Below are positions 51,101 to 61,400 of a stretch of 64,000 nt of DNA, piece by piece. The notes beneath the pieces are model-generated. The model saw only the letters and a list, made by a program, of their open reading frames with translations. It ran no database searches and was not told where the DNA came from. The position numbers were made by a program, and so were the translations under genes. Position 1 is the stretch's first letter, and the number at the start of each line of letters is the position of its first letter. The stretch comes from Raillietiella orientalis (Eukaryota), in assembly GCA_036172245.1 (NCBI GenBank), contig JAYWIR010000007.1:5208001-5272000 (forward strand), written 5' to 3'.

Positions 51101-51106
51101 CTTTTT
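15060..51106 (-). CDS. Dys: Dystrophin (3' portion: distal spectrin repeats, WW, EF-hands, ZZ, C-terminal domain); 20 exons placed, 5' part not identified
   Basis: WW domain ([33 protein letters not shown]), [45 protein letters not shown] finger CNVCK..PIVGLRYRCLKC...CQKCFF...[17 protein letters not shown], and upstream W-containing spectrin repeats. Every junction is GT..AG and phase-compatible. Confidence 0.97.
15206..15256 (-). CDS. Dys: Dystrophin penultimate exon
   Basis: taactcag|TT TCC...GCA G|gtatgt; [17 protein letters not shown], phase 1-1. Confidence 0.75.
15304..15737 (-). CDS. Dys: Dystrophin C-terminal coiled-coil exon
   Basis: ccatcag|A CTA GAT GAT AAG CAT...GAC A|gtaagc; LDDKH..., [40 protein letters not shown]. 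Confidence 0.85.
15793..16134 (-). CDS. Dys: Dystrophin ZZ second half + proximal C-terminal domain exon
   Basis: [17 protein letters not shown]...[17 protein letters not shown]...[11 protein letters not shown]...ASRLAEAE; donor TC|gtaaga. Confidence 0.95.
16182..16509 (-). CDS. Dys: Dystrophin EF2/ZZ exon
   Basis: FLFRIAA...IPQQLGE...[20 protein letters not shown]...[12 protein letters not shown]; donor AG|gtatgg. Confidence 0.95.
16553..16831 (-). CDS. Dys: Dystrophin EF1 exon
   Basis: LDLVNL...[30 protein letters not shown]...GHLDEKYR; ttgcag|..T|gtgagt. Confidence 0.95.
16890..17026 (-). CDS. Dys: Dystrophin WW/EF exon
   Basis: [13 protein letters not shown]...[23 protein letters not shown]. 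Confidence 0.95.
17074..17223 (-). CDS. Dys: Dystrophin hinge 4/WW exon
   Basis: [24 protein letters not shown]; gcgcag|A..AA|gtacgt. Confidence 0.93.
17278..17408 (-). CDS. Dys: Dystrophin last spectrin repeat exon
   Basis: [44 protein letters not shown]; ctttcag|..AG|gtaaaa. Confidence 0.9.
19609..19740 (-). CDS. Dys: Dystrophin spectrin repeat exon
   Basis: cttttag|AAG ATG CGC...CTG AAG|gtagtc; [23 protein letters not shown], phase 0-0. Confidence 0.85.
20529..20554 (+). repeat. Imperfect (TC)n microsatellite
   Basis: TCTCTCTTTCTCTCTCTCTCTCTCTC. Confidence 0.8.
21328..21494 (-). CDS. Dys: Dystrophin spectrin repeat exon
   Basis: ttgcag|TC..ATG|gtgagc; [33 protein letters not shown]. 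Confidence 0.92.
29280..29403 (-). CDS. Dys: Dystrophin spectrin repeat exon
   Basis: cctcatag|GAT..GAG G|gtaagt; [27 protein letters not shown]. Confidence 0.9.
29529..29673 (-). CDS. Dys: Dystrophin spectrin repeat exon
   Basis: [31 protein letters not shown]...[11 protein letters not shown]|gtaact. Confidence 0.92.
30185..30357 (-). CDS. Dys: Dystrophin spectrin repeat exon
   Basis: [16 protein letters not shown]...[29 protein letters not shown]; gtttag|..CG|gtcaga. Confidence 0.92.
32031..32208 (-). CDS. Dys: Dystrophin spectrin repeat exon
   Basis: ttacag|T ACC..AAG|gtaacc; [33 protein letters not shown]. Confidence 0.88.
36213..36367 (-). CDS. Dys: Dystrophin spectrin repeat exon
   Basis: ctttgacag|GAA..AG|gtatag; [49 protein letters not shown] (not in ORF track). 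Confidence 0.88.
39264..39472 (-). CDS. Dys: Dystrophin spectrin repeat exon
   Basis: [47 protein letters not shown]...QVKEQK|gtgagt. Confidence 0.92.
39631..39736 (-). CDS. Dys: Dystrophin spectrin repeat exon
   Basis: gtgttag|AAC..AAA G|gtgagt; [35 protein letters not shown]. Confidence 0.9.
46644..46742 (-). CDS. Dys: Dystrophin spectrin repeat exon
   Basis: cttttcag|AGT..AAG|gtaagc; [33 protein letters not shown], phase 0-0. Confidence 0.88.
49219..49926 (-). mobile_element. Interspersed repeat, copy 3 (inverted, truncated at one end), in a dystrophin intron
   Basis: Reverse complement of 8579-9287 with about nine differences. Confidence 0.85.
51027..51106 (-). CDS. Dys: Probable dystrophin exon (hinge/start of repeat)
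   Basis: Strong splice sites tgtgtttcag|AA AAA..ACC AAG|gtaaga; open frame [26 protein letters not shown]; phase-0 end joins 46742. Protein similarity is weak. Confidence 0.6.
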
Positions 51107-52383
51107 CTGAAACACAAGCAAATGAACACTACATACGTACACTACGTGCACACGCGCAAATGCACACACAAAAACATACAGCAAGAAGCTGGATTTTTTT
51201 TTTTTCTTCTAGAGATCTAAAAGGGGGGAGTATTCGGCGTTGGTACGTCCAGTGCGGCCACCACAAGAACACGCACTGGAGGGAGGTGGAGCACCTGCGC
51301 CAGCTGTCCACTGCGGAAGGAGGCACCGAGCGCCAAGTTCACCGTCACCAACGTTCAGCGGCTAAATGCACCCGGACGCCATTCCGTGAACGTGACTCTC
51401 TCTCCGGTGTGGATTCCCGGATGCGGTGGCTCCCTGGGCGCACGAATCCGAGGGAGCCGGGATGCGGAGACGAAACCAAACTGACATCCCCAGGATGCGC
51501 GCGCGAGGAACGGGTGGGGCGGAAACCAGCTCCGCCGAAATAAGCCCACGTCATGCCTGGGGTGGGGGCCGCTTAATCTGATCGGAGGCAAGGGTGAATC
51601 GCAACGCTCCCCCCTCCCCTCTCCCGCGACTCGCTTCCCCGAAGCGCATGCGAGAGAACGGGAAACGGACGCGATGGAGGGGACGCAGTCTCCCCTCGGT
51701 CTGGGGACGACGAAACCTCGAGGACTACGGCAAAGGAACAAATTTCAGTCGAGCGAGGACGGGGGAGGGGAGGAGACGTGCGAACCGACAAAAACGACGG
51801 GAACGTGGGAAAGGGACCCCCCGCAGCAACACTCCAGAATGTATCACGCCCCTTGAGAGGATCGCGGAAAGAGCGCATGTACCGGAAGGTATCGGACACG
51901 CGCAACGCGTATCCGCAGGAGCGCACAGCACGACTCCGGGCGTCCCCTACGCGATGCGGCAACCGGGAGGCGCCGCTGCCCTGGATCCACCACCGGTGCG
52001 GAAGTGAAATCCCCACGCCACCCGCGAGTTCTAGGTGAAAAGGGGGAACAAAAACAACGTCGTGGGGAGGACGCGACCTCTGCCGCGAGGAACGGCTGTC
52101 GCACGTCCCCCCATCGGTTCGGGAAGGGACGTGCGTCGGCAACGCGCGCGCGCTCGCGCTCCCGTCAACCACAAAGCAGAACCCGGCTGACGACCTCCGG
52201 AAGCGGAAGCCTCGCGAACTGCGGCTGCTGCTGCTGCTGCTGCACGTCGAATCAAAGCGGCGGGTCCGCGGCATCGCCCTGCGCGAACGCGAGGAAGGCT
52301 ACGCGGGGGGAGGGAGTGGTCACGGCGGCAGCAGCAGCAACGCGAGGCTAATCACACAACGGCCGGCTGGGAGGCGGGGGGGG

Positions 52384-52386
<3 letters not shown>

Positions 52387-52460
<74 letters not shown>
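52387..52460 (+). repeat. (AG)37 microsatellite
   Basis: Perfect AG dinucleotide run. Confidence 0.97.
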
Positions 52461-52463
<3 letters not shown>

Positions 52464-55400
52464 GAGAAGGAACGACGTGAATCGAAGCCGCCGGAAAAAG
52501 AACAGGCACCCTGGGGGCCCCTCCGGCACATCGAATCATCCCAACGTAAACACCCCCGACGCGTACCGGAATCTCGCGTGCCCCAAGCTGTTGCACACTA
52601 ACCTGCATATACCCGGGATTCCAAACTTCCGTGAATACGGTAAACAAACCAGGGATCGATACCGGCAGCTTCCTTGCGCTGCCAACCACTGCATGTCTAC
52701 TCGGGATGCGATCCCACTAGCTACTTCGAGTGGGAGCGGTACGGGAGGAACATGCGCTCCTTCCAATTTTAGCACCTCGAACGTGACAAAGGCTCTGACA
52801 ACCACACGGTGTGCCTACCGGAAGCCGCGAAGACACGGTACGCGTTCGCTCGGGAACAGCTCGCTGTCTGCGCTCGCGCACGCACGCACGCACGGTGCGC
52901 ATCCCATCGGCGCCACGGGACTGAACCGAGCGACAGCTTGCCGCCACATCCTGCCGGATCCACGGGAGAGCTATACCACGCTCGGCGAAAACAACGCGAG
53001 CGGCTCCGCGAACGCCGATCACGAAGGCGGCGCGCGGGCCGTCGAGCTGCTTCCAGAGCCTTCCTCGGATGCGCGGGGCAGAGACACCCCCCCACCTTGG
53101 CGGGATTCGCCTTGCAGATCGTGGGGATGGGGGAGAGGACCGGAGGCGACGAGAAACGCACACAACTGCACCAGAGACAAAGTCCAGAGTCCTTCCGGTT
53201 GCGTGGAGCATCGCAAGAGAGGAAAAAGGAAAAAAAAAAAAAAATCGTCACGTTGCACGACACTGACTGATCTGAGCTGCTACTGCCGATGAGGAAGACA
53301 GCTCCTCCCGGAAACGCCGCACGGACGGAGACTGCGTGCGCCCCGCCAACGACGCTTTTCTCTACGGCCGTGCGGCGGCATCTTCCGATACGCACCCTCG
53401 TATGGGTTGGCTGCGGGCGGGCGGGCCGATAAAAGACGGACGAACGCGCGCGCCACGGTCCCGGCGAAAGCGAAAACTCTCCACTGCATCCCTGGTGGTG
53501 AGCTGTTGTCTTCCGGTTACGCTTCGGCTCCTTCCACAACAGGCGCAATGCTTGCGAGCGACCCCCCTCCTCCCCCGCTGCTAAACATGGCAGCGAAAAG
53601 GAAAAACTGCTCGGGGGGCGCAGAAAAAGAAAAAAAAAGAAAAAAAAAAGAGATGCTGCGCAGAAGTACCGAATGCACCTTACGGGACGAACAGAAACTT
53701 TTGGGTTCGAAATGCACTCCGACAACAAGTTGGAAGAAAACTTTTCTTTTCCTCGAGAGATCTTCTGCGTTTCGTTCCGTGGAGATGTTTCTCGCTCTTC
53801 CGCCACGGAAACAGCACTGCTGCTTCGTTTGGAATTTCCGTTCCGTTCCAAGGACACTTTCCATCAGTCGCCACCGCCTCCCTTCGCCAAATGGTGTGTG
53901 TGCAAGCGAGCTGCAGAACACCGCACACCGAAACTGCTTCCCTGTGGATTCGGGTGTCAACGGTGCAAGTTTTCCGGAAATTCCGCAGCCCCCTCACAAG
54001 TTGCTCCCTTCCTAAAAACAACTTCGCCCAATCTACAGCTTCCTGTTATTAAGCATTTCGAGATGTCTGAGAATGCAGTCGGCAGGTCCGACTGCCTGTC
54101 CCTAAAGGCATCAGAAGCGACTGCTTCTGGCTCGGATGCTGCGAACGGCCGTGGTTGCAGAAGAGTTGACTTTCCGAACGCAGCTTGCAGTCCTGATCTC
54201 TGAGCGGGCGCACATCCCCATCCCACAACACATCTCTCAACTACGTTTGCAGTTCATTCATATGAATCCACATCCGGCCGCCAACTCTGTGGCTTTCCTT
54301 GTGCATCAAAAAGCCACCAAGGCATTTGAACGGGAAACACGTCAGGCTTCGACCTCTTCAAGTTCCAAGCACCACTATTAAACGTCTTCCTTGCCTACTA
54401 CCGCGGGAGAGGGTCCAGCCGATGATGAAGAGATCGTTGATTACTGTCATTCGATTGGGTGGCGAATTCCCGGAGAGGCTTTCGATGCAAAGTGGAGGCG
54501 GTCCGCTGTGATCTCCGAGGTGACACGGGCAAATTTCAAAAAAAAAAAAAAAATAATAATAAGCAATGACCAGGCGGATATTTGCTGAGAATGAGACTGA
54601 AGAGCAGCGGAGAGCAGCAAGTGCAACCCGATGAAATCTCCGCGCGGCGCTACCTGACTGACCGGAGCGACGGCGCTGCAGGCGCCGCCAGAACAAGAAA
54701 CCCCCCGGGCTTTCCTGGGCCGCGCGGTCCCAACGCCACGGGGATCAACAACGGAAACTTCGAAGAGGCAAAAGAAAATGGGAGAAGGGGGAAGAGAAGG
54801 GGGGGAGTGGAGTCCCTCTCCTCCCTTAGAGGCAAACCATCCAATTTCCCTCGAGAGCCAAAACGAGTCAGCCAGCCAAGGCGCGGAGCCAAAGGCACCA
54901 CCGCACATCACGGGAACGCATCGTGCGAACAGAAACGGATCGCCGTCGCAGCGCAGACGGACGAAACCAACAGCTCGGGCAAGAAGAAACCGAACGCGGA
55001 AGACGTGCACGCTCACCGCCACATGCGGGACGGGACGCATCAGCTGGGCTGGCGGCTTCCCAGATCGCGGGGAAGCACGCGCCTCCCTTCCACGTTCCCC
55101 TGCGGTAGAACAAGGGAGAGGCGTTTCCGGGTCACCCCAGAGAGAGCGCGGAAATCGCGACCGACAGCAGTCCTGGCATGCCAAAGCGTCACGTCGGGCT
55201 TCCTGAGACGTGTCGGCCACGGTGCTCTCTGCCTGGACACGTGGGCTTGGGTGGAAGCTCCGACTGAACCCCCTGCAAGCAGCCTGACGACGACCATGTG
55301 GAAAAGACGTTTCCAGAAACCGCGATCCGGAAAGGCGTTTCACGTCTTCCAGATGAGGGTGGGGTGTGGGGGGAAACGAAAAGGAGAAGCCGAGCGAGAA

Positions 55401-58400
55401 AAGAAAGCGAAACCGAAACCCCAAACACGCAAATCCAAGGAATTCCAAAGGTGCATTCCGATCTCGCGAATATGATTCTGGAAGGAAAAAAAAAAAAAAA
55501 AAAAAAAAACGCCTCTCGGTTTTCCGAGCTTCCTCTGCCTCCTTGGTATAGACGACGCGTGTCCCGAGAAGATGGAGACGAGAACGGAAATTCAGCCAGG
55601 ATTCGCACTGCGTGAAGAAGAAGTCGAATCCGCAGCCAGTGATTCTTCCAGCCGCGTGAAAAGGTCAGAAGCGCGGAGTTTGCTGATGCTCGTGGGGGAG
55701 GAAGCGAGCGGGTGGCACTCTCTGCACCTTCGGAAAACGCGAGAGGAGCGACGTTTCCACCCGCCTCAGCACGCTGGCCTGAAACGCGCTTCCGATGATG
55801 CTACCATCGACCTCTACTGCGGGGACGGCGGCAAGGGTTGAGTAGCTTTCCGGATTCTCGAGTGCCCCTCACCCTTCGCGACAGCCACAAGGAGTTCGGC
55901 AGCGACATCAACTCGGATAGCGTCCTGTCGCTGCTTCCCGGAGGCGCTCGCAAAGTCGGCTCTCTCCAGGGCGGGCAAGACGCAAAAAGGGGGAAGGGGG
56001 AGGGCAGAGGAATTTTCCCTCCGCATTCCGAAAGTACGGGAAGTCGGTCTGCTCTTCCCTGTCGAAGAGAAGGACTCCCCGATCGAGCACAGCATGTTGA
56101 CGGAAGATGTTTCGGCTGGAGGCTGTCGGAAACGGTTTCCGGGAAAGGGAGGGAGGAAGACCGCAACACGTGGAACGAGCATCCCCTTCCTCCCTCACAG
56201 TCCGTCTTCCGGAAGCCACGCAAGCAGCAATCTCTTCACCGTCGGCTTCCGAACCTCGCAGCGTGTACTCGGAAGACGAGCACGTGCGCACTTTCTCGCG
56301 TTTTGCACTCTCCTGGCCGAAGCGAAGGGAGTGAGGGAGACACTGAAGGGGAAGCACACGAGATGGACACGGAAGTTGAAGGGACGGACGGAACGCCGCG
56401 CGCAGGGAAGCTCGGCCGGGGTAGCCGCTGGGAATACAAGGAGTCCGATCGCACGCAGCCTCTTGAGGAAAACCCCAAGAAGCACAGAGCAGCCCTTGTT
56501 CCGTAGCAATGGCGATGACCTGGACCGCAGGCGACCAGCGCAAAGGTTCAATCACCGAAGCCCTTTAGAGAAATTCCATCCTCTCTCTCTCTTTTTTTCT
56601 TTTTTTTCCTCGCTTTTCCATCCCTGGGATGGGCCTCGGTGAAAGAGGCAGAAGCAAGCAACATCGCATCGCTTTGTCGCGTGTGGCTGTTTCTGCTGCA
56701 GCCATTGCAACGAGAAGCTGCGTCAAAGCGGAGAGTCCATGGTACTCTTCTTCGAAAATGGACGCCCTATTTAACTCGCAGGGCTGAATCGAACTCGGGT
56801 CAACCGCAGATGCTGAAGATCTGCGCCCTTGAAGTAACCCGAAGGAAAGAAAGCTGACGGCAGAGTCAGCAGAAAGCTCCGCTCGTCCTCCAGACACGCC
56901 AGCAGCCTCGCTGGAGTGTGCATCCCCAAAACTTGCGTTTCCATGTCATTCCCGCGCGAGCGGGGGTGGTCCGAGCGGCAAAGGGCAAGAAGGGAAACTT
57001 CGAAAAACCTCGCCACAGCCCGAGACGCTTTGTCAGCAGGTCCTGTACCTTGGACGCGCGGAGGAGGAACAAACACTCCCCCTCCGCACCGCACCACCGT
57101 TGGTCACAACCTGATCCTTGGTCGCCGCACTCCGGCTCGTCGTGGCCTTTTCCTGACTGGCATACAGGTTGGGGAGGAGGCACTGCCCATGGGGAAGAGA
57201 TCGCACTCATTCACGGGCTCGCGTCACCCGCATAGTGAGGTCCACGGTCGCAGGGAGAGGGAGGGATGGGGGTAAGAAGGCGACAGTGTCACCACGTCCC
57301 TTCTGGCGGTAAGCAAGAGCGGTCGAGTACGAGCGGGGCTGATGAACACGGCGAACACTGCGACAAGCCCCGGGCGCTGCTGGTGGTGCCTTACGCGTTC
57401 TCTCAAAAAAGCTGTGTGGCGTGAGGGGGGGGAGGGCGGAAATGCGCTGGCTGCTCGGCGCGTGCGGATGAGATAAAACCCACTCGAACGCTGGAACGGA
57501 TCCTCTTATCTCGGGAGTCGGGTCTGCTTGCGTCACTGCAGGAAACATTCGGGTGAAGGAAACAACACCGACGTCCTGCAGCCGAAACAACACGACGTGC
57601 AGCAGCGACGCGGAGCGTGAGAACACGGGACACGAGGAGCCTCCCACGCATGGGGAGCATCCGATGCTTCCTATCTTCCACACAGCCGCAGGACAACAGA
57701 ACTGTCCCGGCGGAAGAGGTCCGATAGCAGGGACAAATCATGCAGGGACCACCACGGAAGGGTCGCTCCGTTGCTAAGGTGCACTTCGGCTCGAACGTCA
57801 CAATTCGCAAAATCACGGATGCTCGCGGATGCTGATGCTGAGAAACGAGCTGGGATCACAGCACCAGGACGGGAAGGGACCGAGTTGACCTGCGCGAACT
57901 GGAAATGCGGCACGCAACAAACTTTCGAGAGCTGCAACCACTGCCCCCCTTCCTGCACATGCACACATACGACACACATGTCAAGGAGCGCATGAACATC
58001 ACGAGATGACGCACATCATATCACGAAACGGAATGCTCCCCTTTGGAAGAGGTCGAAGAGACTCTCGCATCGGATGCAGCAGCCTCCCGGGTTTCCGACG
58101 ACGATACAACCGAGTGAACTCTCCAAAAGCAGGTCGGAAAAACAACAACAGAACACGTCTTCTCGGTGCGCGCATGGGTGGTTTCCCTTCTGGGCACAGA
58201 AACAGAGGACACGCGAGGCGTCCCGCCATACACCTCCTGCACTTTTACTCTTAGGGGAAGCGAAGACGGTGGACTTAACGAAAAAGGAAAAAAACAAACA
58301 AACAAACACCGCCTTCGCTTCCACTCTTGCACGCCCCTGAGGGCACTGATGCTGATGGACCAAAAATCTGAGACGGGAGATCGCGCTTCCCATGGGAAGC

Positions 58401-61400
58401 TCTTCATGTGTCGGGACCTTGCCCTTCAATCAGGAAGAGCGTGTCCCCCACCGAAGGTGACAAACAAGGGTTACGGGAGAAGGATGGGGACGGGACGGTG
58501 GTGCAACGGCGCAAAATTGCGTGTTGGCACTCGCGAAGATCTTCCTCCTCAGCGCGAGCACGTTCTTCAAGGAACTCGCCAGTGGGGGATCCGGCTCCTG
58601 AGCTCAGTTGCTGAGATGAGTTCCGACGTGCCCCCCTTTGCTCGAGACGCCTTTGATCCCCCATCGTACGCCTTGTGCGTCCCGAGAGATTCCGATCGCT
58701 TCCGCTCTCCCGAAATCTTCCCGAAGTACTGGGAACGGACGAAACACAGAGCGGCGAGGCGCGCTGACGGAGCATCACCTGATGTACAGCTTCCCTGGGA
58801 GGCAGTTTCGCTCGCAGTTATGCAACCTGCACACCCAGCCCACACCCTCCCTTGCTCGTGCGTTTCTCTCTCTTGACAACCGGCGTTCCAGCTGCCCTAG
58901 CGCCTCCACCATGGAGAACACCTTGCACCTGGATGGCCCTCTCACGAAAATCCAGGGAAGGATTCAAATGCCGGAGGGGCTGGACCAGCGAAGAAACGCA
59001 CTTCTCACGCTGCAGTTTTCCCTGTCCCTGACCCCTGTTTCTTCTGCCTTTCTCCTGCGCTATCTCCACGTACAAGAGAGCGGCACGTGAGAGCAGACCG
59101 CCTTTGTTCCACCTGATCTCTTCACCGAATCCCCGTCAGAAACACCACATTCGCGGTGTCGATATTTCCTGCACTCGGAATCAAACACATGCGCGCAGAT
59201 AGACAAACGGGCGAGACGAGGGGAGGGGGTGCAGCCCAGCGTGCTGGTTCACCAGCAGCTTCGACGGGAGCTGCACGAGGAAGAAAAGGGAGAGAATTCG
59301 GGAGGGCGGCTGGAACGCACGCGGAGGGCAGCATGGCAAACGTGGGCCGCCTAATCTGTCTCGGGCAACACCACCCACCCGCCTTCGACTTCGGACACTT
59401 CGGTCCTCGGTGTGTCGACGGCACCTCCGAAACGTCATGTCCGATGAATGCTCCACGCTTGGGATCGGACGCGGTGAATTCTGCAGCTCCGCTTTGCCTC
59501 GAGCACGCCGGCTTCTTCCAGGCAACGGTTCTATCCATGACCTCCAAGAGGGCTTCTCCGCAAATTCGATCGCCGGAAAGAGATCATGGTTCATTGGATT
59601 TTAGCGCACGCAAGGAATCGGAGGCGGGGAACAATCTCGCCCTCGCCTCTCTCTCCAGAACCAGCCGAGATCGAAGCACCCGCTTGCCGACGGAACATCG
59701 ACTTCCTGGTGATTTGAGGAGACGCTGGAGCTTACGCAATCGGAGCATCACCACGGATTGAACGCCTCAACTGGATTCCCGTTCCGAAGGAATCGGATGC
59801 CTCGGATGCAGGCTTCGTCCGTGCGCGCCGAGAAAGATTCCGAGAGAGAGGAATCCTGCAGCCATGTGGGAACGCAGATTCCGGAGAAGGCGGCGCGAAC
59901 AAAAGATGAGTTTCATCCGACGAGCACCTTCCCGATCGCGTTTTCCGTTGTGAACTCCCCCATCGCAAGCCACAAGGTCTTCGCAAGGAATTCGGCCGCA
60001 GCGGCTGCACTTGAAGAAGAGACGAATCTTTTTTCGATTCCGTCGGACTCTGCGGGTACAAGCCTTGAGCAATCACCCTTCGCAACCATCGAGAGGACAG
60101 CTCTCCAACTGTGTTTGACTGTTTGGACCGCCATTTCGGTCCTTGACTGCAAATTTATCTCTTGAGCATACGGAACACACAGGTTGGGAGACCGAAGTGC
60201 TGGATATGTCCTTGTTTAATCACGTCAGGGGCACGCAACCAACTCGTTCGGCACGGCAACGGCTCGATCGGGATGAAATATGACGAGCGATGATGGAGCG
60301 CCTCATGCTGCCCGCGTTGACAACAAATTTACGGCCATGGCTTCAGAAAGCACTTTGAAAATGACTTGTTAGCAACAGAATTCCGCGTTCCGTTGTCCCC
60401 ACGGACTGGATAAGGGAGGCGGGAGGGGGGTCCCCTGAGCAGCTCACAAGCCGTGCAGTTACATCCGGTGGCCTCCGGTTATGCTTTCCGGTTAAGACTT
60501 TTCGCTCCGAGGCCCCCTGCGAAGCTCACGTCAAAGACGGACCAACAAGCAGTCTCTAGGGAGTTGACCGTAAGTACATCGTTTGCTGCTGATCCTCGTG
60601 CGATGCTGGAACTTCTGGTTTCCGGGGTGATGTTGCGGACGGCAGTCCAGGTTCCGCCAAAGTGCAACTGAGGGCAAAGCACGGGAGGAGGTGCGCCATT
60701 GCGATTCGCCACAAACGGTGAGAGAGCAAAAGGTGCCACGCGGCACAGGCAGCAAGTGACGCAACAATCAAATGCTACTGCGCCTGGGGGACGCAATGGC
60801 ACCCGTGACGTCACGTGGGAACGGACGGACGTCACGACTCCCTCCACGCCCGCCGGTCTCAGAGACACGGGCAAGCGACTGGCTTTCCACCTGGGCGCCC
60901 CGTGCACGGAGGATAAGAGAGCCACGAAGGACGAGGGACGTTGATGCACTCCTTTGCTCTGGGGAAGACGCAAGCTGCTGTGCAGCCCGTGCTTCCGGTG
61001 CGACCGTAGATGCGGATGCTTCCTCGTGGCTCAGGAAAACAGCGGATGGATCTCTTCTCGGAGACGCGCGCCATTGCAAGCACTTTCGCACGTGTCCCTG
61101 CTGGACTGCAGCCACGAAGAAATCCACCTCCAGAAATCTTGGCTTTTACGATTGCTCTTTTGGCGGAGCCACTGCCAGTTCGTTCGCGGAGTGGTTCCGA
61201 TGCGATCACTCCGACGCCACGAAACAAAATTCCTGTTAACGTGATGCACACATCCGCGCCTTGCGGGGTGGTGGTGACCTTGGTGCGATTTCCTTCACTT
61301 CAATACGGCGGACAATTACGGGGTTTTAACACCGAGTGAAGGGTTGACCTTTGAGTCATTGCGCACAGTGAGTGCAGCCGATGGAAAATTATATAAAAGG